Shown here: in pieces, positions 25,713-32,000 of the stretch
How positions within the stretch are numbered: the first letter of the stretch is position 1
Layout: each line of letters opens with the position of its first letter
NCBI RefSeq assembly: GCF_000341395.1
Contig: NC_020304.1
Location: 2,430,001 to 2,462,000, forward strand
Length of the DNA: 32,000 nucleotides
Source: Desulfocapsa sulfexigens DSM 10523
Lineage (GTDB): Bacteria; Desulfobacterota; Desulfobulbia; Desulfobulbales; Desulfocapsaceae
Reading direction: 5' to 3'
Position numbers and translations under genes: made by a program
The notes under the pieces: generated by a model
Databases searched by the model: none
What the model was told of the DNA's origin: nothing
The model's input: only the letters and a program-made list of their open reading frames with translations

Positions 25713-25871
25713 ATGCAGAAATGGGAATGCCCTTGTGGCTATATATACGATCCTGAAGAAGGGGATTATGAGAATGGGGTTGAGCCTGGTACTCCCTGGG
25801 AAAAACTCCCGGAAGGGTGGGTTTGTCCTAAATGCGGCGCAGAAAAAGAAGATTTCTGGAAAGCTGACTAA
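25713..25871 (+). CDS. Rubredoxin (52 aa) with an atypical C-x-C first knuckle
   Basis: This gene is absent from the ORF track because it is under 60 aa. My translation is [52 protein letters not shown]. It has the rubredoxin hallmarks GYIYDP, PGT.W..LP..W.CP.CGA.K..F. AGAGGTG lies 5 nt upstream of the ATG. Confidence 0.85.
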   Translation: MQKWECPCGYIYDPEEGDYENGVEPGTPWEKLPEGWVCPKCGAEKEDFWKAD

Positions 25872-25884
25872 GTAAGCTATAAAA

Positions 25885-25918
25885 GGCAGAATCATTAAGT
25901 TGATTCTGCCTTTTTTTT
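25885..25918. terminator. Strong rho-independent terminator after rubredoxin; possibly bidirectional, also serving convergent tamB
   Basis: There is a perfect 10-bp stem, GGCAGAATCA (25885-25894) pairing with TGATTCTGCC (25901-25910). The loop is TTAAGT and a T8 run follows (25911-25918). An A4 run precedes the stem. Confidence 0.8.
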
Positions 25919-25997
25919 GACCACGAGAATAACCCGTATTTCTCTCTTGAAGGGACTGTAAACAAATAGCTGGCAGTCTGGATTTATGACCAAATGG

Positions 25998-28900
25998 TCA
26001 CCACAGGCGTGTAGGTACGACAGCAGCATCTTCAAGTTCAATGGTGTAGAAGATATCTCCGGCATTACTGCTTGTACCGGTTGTGGTCTGGAGATGAATA
26101 TTGCGGTTCAGGCGATAGCGGGTTATAAACTCACTTTCACCCGTTTTCACATCCGTGCCCACTGAAACGGAAAGTTTACTGTTGATCTGCCTGCCAATGG
26201 AGAGTCTTGTCCCCGTTGATGTCTCTGGCGAGGATCCGGTGAGCAGGTAAGATATTACATGACTTTCAGACATCGGCGGGTTGGAAAAGGTGGTCAACCT
26301 GGGTTTTTTCAGTGGACCGATGGCATAGATTCCCGCCACAACATCTCCGACGGTACGTGTTGCTCGAAGATTTATGCCCGGCTGGCTTAACGGGCCACCG
26401 GCAAAAGAAATCACCCCTGTTTCTATATCAAGATCCTGACCATAGGCCCGAAAACTTCCCTGTTCAATATAAAAAGCACCACTGCCGATCATCTGTTCAT
26501 CCGGTTCGGAGAGGATGGTTATTTGACCATTGATGTAGGTGTTAAACCCAAGTCCCACAAAGTGCACCCTGTCTTCAAGACTAATTTTGAGCAGCATACG
26601 AAATGGCGATTTTACCTCATTCTCCTTTTGTTGTTCCTGAAGAATAACCACGTCAGGAGAGGCTGACAGGCTGCCAGGTGGTAATTCCCGCAGTAAAATA
26701 TCGGCTTTGGGAATGCTGGCTACTCCGGTGAGACTCACAAGGCCATTGTTTTTTTCAAAAAGAATGTCAGATGAAAGCAATATAGTAATATCGGGCAGGT
26801 TGACCAGTCTGAAGTTGTTGCCCTTAAGCGTAAGACGTGCAGGCCAACCCTTTTCGCTGTCAAGAGTTGCGTTTCCTTCAAGCTGCATTGATCCCTCGGG
26901 GGACTGGAGGCTTCCTTTAAGGGTTATCTCTTTGTTGTCTGCTGTAAGATCAAAACTGCTGTCCGTGAGATCAAGTCCTATCACAGGAATAAGGACGTGG
27001 CTAATGCTAAGTTGTCCATTTCCATCAATGTCAGGTTCTTCGACGGTTCCGAGAATTGTGAAATTGAGGTCTATGGCTCCACTTAAACCTTTAACATCGG
27101 GAACCAGAGCTTCGACCAGCTCGAAGTGTTTGGCATTAACCAGGAGAGTACCCTGAAGCTTCGCCTTGCCTCCAATATCTTTCTGGAGAAGATTTGGTGA
27201 TTGTATATGACCACTCAGGATATTCGAATTTGCACTGATATGAAAGTCTGTCTCGAGGGCATCGTCAACGATCTTCAGTTTGAGGGCTAATCCTTCATGG
27301 GGAAGCGTCCCTTCCGCTTTCTCAGTTTGATAGGAGATTTCTCCAGGTGTTATTGCCGCAGTTGCATCAACTTTGAGTTTGTCTTTCATGGTGACCGTGG
27401 CCTGGGCAGAAAAGAGACCCGTCAGGCTCTCCAGAGTCTCGGGGAACCATGGGGAAAGCCAGTTAAGCGGAATTTTATTTATTCGTAAGTTTCCACTGGT
27501 ATCTTTGTTTTCAGAATTCCACATTCCCTCAATACAGAGATCTGAATTGTCTCTTCTGAGACAGAGAGGGGCAAGCGAAGCAGCAGTCACAGAGGCGGAA
27601 ATTGTTGTAGGCTCCTGCATCTGCCAATTACCGAGTTCCGTGGAAAGAATCGAAAATGTATCGAGCAGTCCACGCCATTTATCGTCACTGTAGCCTCCGC
27701 TGAGGGTAAGGCTGATATCCGCCATATCATGGTCTGCTTTGATTTGAACTGTGTGCTCTTCTCTGTTGCCTTTTCCCTGTAAATAAAAGGCGTTAATCAG
27801 GCTATATCCCGATTTGAGGCCGCCTGCGTTGAAAGTGAAAGAAAAGGGGTTGGTCCAGCTTAAATCGAGATCCACATCTGCTTGAATAGTATCCAGGGTT
27901 AAATCGGTGTAGGTAATGGAGTTTCCAGAAAGCGCGATGTCAATCTGTGGTTCTGTCATGCTCTTCCGTATCGTCCCGGAGGCTTTGATTTGTCCGGAGC
28001 TGTCTGGCAGGAGGTCTGAAAAATCTGCGATATCTGCTTTCCACTGCAGATTGGATTGTTCACCGAGGTTGCCAGAGGCAGTGATTGTTGCGCTGCCGGA
28101 TGCCAGATTTAAATCCTCAATGCGGATATCATTTGGCTTTACTGTGATACCTCCCGTTCCGGTGATGGGGAGTTCCCGTAACCTGCCATTCAGACTGTCG
28201 ATTATGATATTACTACTAACGCCATCCTCTTCAATAAAACCGTTCGATCCTATCAACCAGTTGAGTCTCCCAGGCCAGTCTGGGTAGTAGATTCCGGGAT
28301 TGATCTGTGTGCCTTTTATTTTCAGGTTCCATTTGATATCTGGTCCCCACGCAACATCACCCTGGAGAACAACTTCGCCCCCCAAAAGGCCAAGAGTGAG
28401 CTGCAGGTTCTTGAGATTGTCTGCGGAACCTTGCGCGTTCAGGTTGACCGTGCTCGCTGGAAGGTCATTGCCGGTAAGCAGGCCATCAAGAACTATATGA
28501 TAGGAATCAATAGTTCCTTTGAGGGTAGCTTCACCCTTGGGAGAGCCATAGTCTGCAGCTCCGTGAACGGGCCATTGCAGCTCCTGCCAGTGCAGCAGTA
28601 AATCGAAGAAGTTTTGTCCAATGTCAGCGATTCCTGTGATATCGAGAATAGCTTCGTTTTCTGGTTGTTTCAGGGTGAATTGTTTGATGTCAAGTGTGAG
28701 ACTTTCAAGATTTACCTGAACGTTTATGTCTGCGTCCCAGTTGACTTCAGCTGCTGTTTTATCACGTATGCTAAGCGTTGAGGCAAGTTCTGTCTGCTTG
28801 AGTGTCCCGCTTGTGGTGAGTTTTCCCGTCACTCTTCCCGGGATATCCGGAGCGAAAGCTGCCGGGATAAGTTCAGCGATCGTGAGCTTTCCATGCCAGC

Positions 28901-29660
28901 CGGGATCAGAAAGGATCTCTTTCACGGTTATATCCAGATTGGCACTGATGTCGCCACTGATTTCTTCCACTATCTGCAATTCCTCCAGATCACCACTAAG
29001 GCTCCCTTTTATTGTTATGGTTGGAATCGCTTGACTTAGGGTCGTAACATCAGTTGTGAGCTGCAGGGGGTAATTGGCGTTGGGATGTATTTTCCCCCGT
29101 ATCTGAATGGATGCCATGTCCGTGGTAACATTAAGTGTCTCGATCTGTATGGTGTCTTCGTCCCATGCCAGTTTAAGGGCTGCCTTGTCAATAGAAAGTG
29201 CTTCCGTGTCCGGGGCGGATAAGAAAGTGAAGTTGTTCAGGGCAAGTTTTTCAATGCTGAGCCTGATGGGCAGGGCGATTTCCGGCAGTGTTCCAGGGCC
29301 ACTTTCTCGCTGGTTTACCTGGCTGTTCTGGGGAGTCGCTTCGTAGGAAACATCGTCTGCTAAAATTTCCAAAATGTGAAGGTGGAGTCTGAACAGGTCT
29401 GTACTCTTCCAGTCCAGTACCAGATGTCTGATCTGAGCAACACCTGTGGAACTGCTGAACCTGATATCAGCAAGTTCCAGGCGATCAAGAATCCTGCCTC
29501 TGGCAGTCCCTATCTGCAGATTTTCATCGAGCAGTTTCTCAGCCTGAACAATAAGAAATTGAGTTCCGCTTTCGGTGCCAAGCAGAAAGAACGCAGCTGT
29601 AAACAGAAGGGACACGAGTCCGAAGAAGGCAATCGCTGCGCCAGGGAGCCATTTTTTCAC
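25998..29660 (-). CDS. tamB: Translocation and assembly module inner-membrane protein TamB (DUF490 family)
   Basis: The protein is very long (1220-1231 aa). It has an N-terminal signal-anchor (KKWLPGAAIAFFGLVSLLFTAAFFLLGTESG). The body is beta-rich and repetitive. The conserved DUF490 C-terminus reads GQITILS...GSFRAYGQDLDIETGVISFAGGPLSQPGINLRATR...LTGSSP...YRLNRNIHLQT. I preferred the GTG at 29660, which forms a GTGA overlap with the tamA stop. The TTG at 29693 from the ORF track is the alternative. Confidence 0.9.
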   Translation of the reverse strand: MKKWLPGAAIAFFGLVSLLFTAAFFLLGTESGTQFLIVQAEKLLDENLQIGTARGRILDRLELADIRFSSSTGVAQIRHLVLDWKSTDLFRLHLHILEILADDVSYEATPQNSQVNQRESGPGTLPEIALPIRLSIEKLALNNFTFLSAPDTEALSIDKAALKLAWDEDTIQIETLNVTTDMASIQIRGKIHPNANYPLQLTTDVTTLSQAIPTITIKGSLSGDLEELQIVEEISGDISANLDITVKEILSDPGWHGKLTIAELIPAAFAPDIPGRVTGKLTTSGTLKQTELASTLSIRDKTAAEVNWDADINVQVNLESLTLDIKQFTLKQPENEAILDITGIADIGQNFFDLLLHWQELQWPVHGAADYGSPKGEATLKGTIDSYHIVLDGLLTGNDLPASTVNLNAQGSADNLKNLQLTLGLLGGEVVLQGDVAWGPDIKWNLKIKGTQINPGIYYPDWPGRLNWLIGSNGFIEEDGVSSNIIIDSLNGRLRELPITGTGGITVKPNDIRIEDLNLASGSATITASGNLGEQSNLQWKADIADFSDLLPDSSGQIKASGTIRKSMTEPQIDIALSGNSITYTDLTLDTIQADVDLDLSWTNPFSFTFNAGGLKSGYSLINAFYLQGKGNREEHTVQIKADHDMADISLTLSGGYSDDKWRGLLDTFSILSTELGNWQMQEPTTISASVTAASLAPLCLRRDNSDLCIEGMWNSENKDTSGNLRINKIPLNWLSPWFPETLESLTGLFSAQATVTMKDKLKVDATAAITPGEISYQTEKAEGTLPHEGLALKLKIVDDALETDFHISANSNILSGHIQSPNLLQKDIGGKAKLQGTLLVNAKHFELVEALVPDVKGLSGAIDLNFTILGTVEEPDIDGNGQLSISHVLIPVIGLDLTDSSFDLTADNKEITLKGSLQSPEGSMQLEGNATLDSEKGWPARLTLKGNNFRLVNLPDITILLSSDILFEKNNGLVSLTGVASIPKADILLRELPPGSLSASPDVVILQEQQKENEVKSPFRMLLKISLEDRVHFVGLGFNTYINGQITILSEPDEQMIGSGAFYIEQGSFRAYGQDLDIETGVISFAGGPLSQPGINLRATRTVGDVVAGIYAIGPLKKPRLTTFSNPPMSESHVISYLLTGSSPETSTGTRLSIGRQINSKLSVSVGTDVKTGESEFITRYRLNRNIHLQTTTGTSSNAGDIFYTIELEDAAVVPTRLW

Positions 29661-31450
29661 AATGTTGCTCCAAAACCAATATGAAATCGCCAATCATTTA
29701 ATTCAGGACTTTCACTTACCGGATATGCAATATCGATACGCAGCGAACCAAAGGGTGCCAGCCAGCGCAACCCGACCCCTGCACCGACATATGCGTCCCC
29801 AAGTTTGTCATTGTAAGCATTTCCTGCATCTACAAATCCTGCTAATACCCAGGACTGGGAGACTCGATGATCATACTCCAGGCTCCCTGTTACTACATTT
29901 TTACCACCGACGCTGACACCATTAGCATTCTTCGGCCCCAGTGATTCGTATGAATATCCACGGACAGAAGTGTCTCCACCGGCAAAAAACCTGAGGGTGG
30001 CCGGGTACATGTCGAAGTCTTCAACCCAGGTTGTGCCTATCTCAATTTGTGTGTCGATACGGCCATTTTTGCCTAATCCCACCATGTACCTTCCCTTCAT
30101 GTGAAGACGGGCATAGGATGTGTCGGAAAGAAGTGCTTCTGAGGCACCGCGAAGATCTATAAACAGATAGTCGCCGTATTGAGGGAAAATAGATTCTTCT
30201 GTATCTGAAAAACGAAAGGTTCCACCAAGACTGTAGAGAGCAGTGTTTTCGTCGGGCTCACCTTCAACACTGAACTGTTCGCTTGAAGCGAGGACGAAGC
30301 CTTTGTAAAGAAGTGTGTCGGCAAGGTTTCTTCGTACGAATGCTGTTTCCATTTCAAGGGTGGCACTGCTTGTGTCGGGAGTCTGGTCAAATTCATAACT
30401 GGCTGTCGATACCCATCTGTCAGTGAGAGGTTTTACAACCGGGATATTATACTGAGCCCGAATGATGCTTTCTGTCCAGGCAAGTTTGACAGAAAGCTCC
30501 GAGTGGTGGCCGTAACGATTGAGTAATCTGTCGTCCCAGCGTGCGGATCCACGAATTCCTGTGTCGGAATCATAGCCGACCCCAAATGTAAATTTATGTG
30601 GGGCAATCGGTTTCATAATCACAGTCAAAGGTAATTGTTGATCCAGTGATTCTTCGTAACGTGGGGTAATGGTTACTTCTCTGGCGTAATTACTTGCAAT
30701 CAGATTCTGCTGAAATTCCAGCAGGGCCTCATAGGAATAGGGGGTTCCCTTTTCCATGGTGATGTATTTTGTGAGCAGGTCTGGATTAAGAAAATCCTGC
30801 AGAAAAGTGATATTTCCAAAGTAATACAGAGGACCGGTATCCATGTGAAGAGTTAATTTTGCAGTGTTGCTATCAAGATCAACCAGCCATTCACTTGTTA
30901 TGAATCTTGCCTTTGGATATCCATTGGAAAAGGCTATGTTCATAAAAGTATTCTTTGCTGCTTCATACTCTGCATGGATCAGGGTTTTCCCTGCCTTTCT
31001 AAGGTAATCCTTTATGCTCTGCTGGAGTGCCGGATGGTTCATTCCTTCACCAAACCATTGTACGTCTCTACCTGTTATGACAACAGGTTCTCCCTTGTCT
31101 ACTCTGTAGGTGGCGAACCATTGACCATCTTCTTCGATCAACGCCGAGCGAATCTCTGGAATATAATAGCCAAAGGGTTGCAGGGCTTCACGAATTTCCT
31201 GCGGCGCCTGCTGGTGTAGCTTCTTGATCCAACGCGGGGTGAGATCCTCGTCATTTTTCATTTTGTTGATATCGAGAAAAAGGAGGACATTTTGCCGAAA
31301 GGGGGCTTCGAGTCCGGTAAGGTCTACACTAAGAGGTGTTGCAGCCATGGCCGGAAAGGAAAACAGGATAAGGAGCAGGCTGAATGCAAGTTGGATGCTT
31401 CGTAAAACATACTGGCTGGGAATGCTTGGGAGGAACATAAAAATGTTCAT
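29657..31450 (-). CDS. tamA: Outer-membrane protein assembly factor TamA (Omp85/BamA family: POTRA domains plus a 16-stranded barrel)
   Basis: The signal peptide ends in FPAMA-AT. A POTRA-like N-terminal region follows. The Omp85 barrel motifs are FFAGGDTSVRGYSYESLGP...GGKNVVTGSLEY...FVDAGNAY...GAGVGLRWLAPFGSLRIDIAYP...RFHIGFGATL. The gene lies directly upstream of tamB. Confidence 0.9.
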   Translation of the reverse strand: MNIFMFLPSIPSQYVLRSIQLAFSLLLILFSFPAMAATPLSVDLTGLEAPFRQNVLLFLDINKMKNDEDLTPRWIKKLHQQAPQEIREALQPFGYYIPEIRSALIEEDGQWFATYRVDKGEPVVITGRDVQWFGEGMNHPALQQSIKDYLRKAGKTLIHAEYEAAKNTFMNIAFSNGYPKARFITSEWLVDLDSNTAKLTLHMDTGPLYYFGNITFLQDFLNPDLLTKYITMEKGTPYSYEALLEFQQNLIASNYAREVTITPRYEESLDQQLPLTVIMKPIAPHKFTFGVGYDSDTGIRGSARWDDRLLNRYGHHSELSVKLAWTESIIRAQYNIPVVKPLTDRWVSTASYEFDQTPDTSSATLEMETAFVRRNLADTLLYKGFVLASSEQFSVEGEPDENTALYSLGGTFRFSDTEESIFPQYGDYLFIDLRGASEALLSDTSYARLHMKGRYMVGLGKNGRIDTQIEIGTTWVEDFDMYPATLRFFAGGDTSVRGYSYESLGPKNANGVSVGGKNVVTGSLEYDHRVSQSWVLAGFVDAGNAYNDKLGDAYVGAGVGLRWLAPFGSLRIDIAYPVSESPELNDWRFHIGFGATL

Positions 31451-31464
31451 AACAGAGCTTGTGA

Positions 31465-31929
31465 CTACTGGGTGGGTAGTGATTGTTTGCCTGAAATACT
31501 TTCTATTGAGACCTTGATAACAGCAGTTGCCTGTACCATTTTGTCTGGGAAGTCAAATTGCTTGTCACTGTACTGTGCCATGATGATAGCAAGGGCAAAT
31601 TTTTTCGCCTCGTTATTTTCCACTAGAGAAGCCTTGCCAAATCCTACAATGGACTGAAACTTCATACTCCAACTGCATGCTTTTTCGGCTGCAACCGTTT
31701 CAATGAGATGGTCAAACTCAAAACAGACATTCGGGTTGGTTGTAATCAGATTGATCTTTTTTCCCTCTTTGGCACCGTGGAAATAGAGTACATTGTCATG
31801 GTAGCCAAAGGAGAGCGGAATTACATAAGGTGTGTCTCCATCCACCATGGCAAGTCTGCAGATTTTCGCTTTTGCTATAATCGCAAGGAGTTCAGCGTGG
31901 TCTGTAATCTCTTTTTCTTTTCTTCGCAT
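31465..31929 (-). CDS. Pyridoxamine 5'-phosphate oxidase-family FMN-binding protein (NimA-like split barrel)
   Basis: The 154-aa product begins MRRKEKEITDHAELLAIIAKAKICRLAMVDGDTPYVIPLSFGY...LYFHGAKEGKKINLI..NPNVCFEFD, which matches the Pyridox_ox_2/Nim pattern. Its stop is 14 nt before the tamA start. Confidence 0.85.
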   Translation of the reverse strand: MRRKEKEITDHAELLAIIAKAKICRLAMVDGDTPYVIPLSFGYHDNVLYFHGAKEGKKINLITTNPNVCFEFDHLIETVAAEKACSWSMKFQSIVGFGKASLVENNEAKKFALAIIMAQYSDKQFDFPDKMVQATAVIKVSIESISGKQSLPTQ

Positions 31930-32000
31930 GATGGTTTTTTGTCTGGGTAAAAAAAGGAGGCGTTTCTCAATCTTTTAGTAAAATAGCACAGCCTGCTGTA

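Noticed and set aside
26707-27156. Plus-strand ORFs inside tamB (26312-26533, 26707-27156, 27373-27693, 27916-28287, 28726-29034, 29107-29346 and others)
   Set aside because: These are shadow ORFs antisense to a long, well-supported gene. Their translations are Ser/Arg/Leu-rich and low in complexity, and they have no SD sequences.
1-32000. Search by eye for CRISPR arrays, IS elements or inverted terminal repeats, integrases, toxin-antitoxin or known defence-system genes, tRNA/rRNA and riboswitch-like leaders
   Set aside because: None was seen. There are no regularly spaced repeats and no transposase- or recombinase-like translations. The NfeD-SPFH pair is the ordinary housekeeping arrangement.

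Overview
The window is a gene-dense chromosomal segment with about 30 protein genes on both strands. I found no rRNA, tRNA, CRISPR array, transposase or integrase. The gene content (Sec-containing peroxiredoxin, rubredoxin, multihaem c-type cytochrome, PEP-CTERM proteins, AmmeMemoRadiSam radical SAM enzyme) suggests an anaerobic, probably sulfate-reducing deltaproteobacterium of the Desulfobulbaceae type. That placement is inference only.

Housekeeping genes:
- tex, gdhA, bpt and der
- a MacB-type permease (5' partial) and a ZIP metal transporter
- an SLC13/TrkA-C permease
- an NfeD-SPFH pair
- a YciA-like thioesterase
- a pyridoxamine-phosphate-oxidase-family gene followed by tamA-tamB

Loci worth a second look:
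1. A peroxiredoxin is split by the ORF track (24929-25180 and 25250-25648). It is one gene with an in-frame TGA exactly at the peroxidatic Cys position. An fdhF-like SECIS hairpin with a GGUC loop follows 10-11 nt downstream, so this is a PrxU-type selenoprotein.
2. A 52-codon rubredoxin lies directly downstream and is too short for the ORF track. Its first metal knuckle is C-x-C instead of C-x-x-C. It shares a single terminator with prxU. Because the Prx lacks a resolving Cys, this may be a Sec-Prx/rubredoxin peroxide-detoxification module.
3. A 1009-aa protein fuses a degenerate receiver, an intact receiver, a PPDK_N-type ATP-grasp and a swivel-His-like domain. It has no PEP/pyruvate TIM barrel.
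4. A convergent pair of PEP-CTERM exoproteins (an HExxH metalloprotease and an Npun_F0296-like surface protein) lies in what looks by eye like an AT-richer island.
5. Three intrinsic terminators share an almost identical hairpin sequence.
6. An exported isochorismatase-like protein lacks the nucleophile Cys.
7. An orphan amrS gene has a tightly abutting upstream 58-codon ORF.

All functional calls come from reading motifs in the translations. No database search was run.
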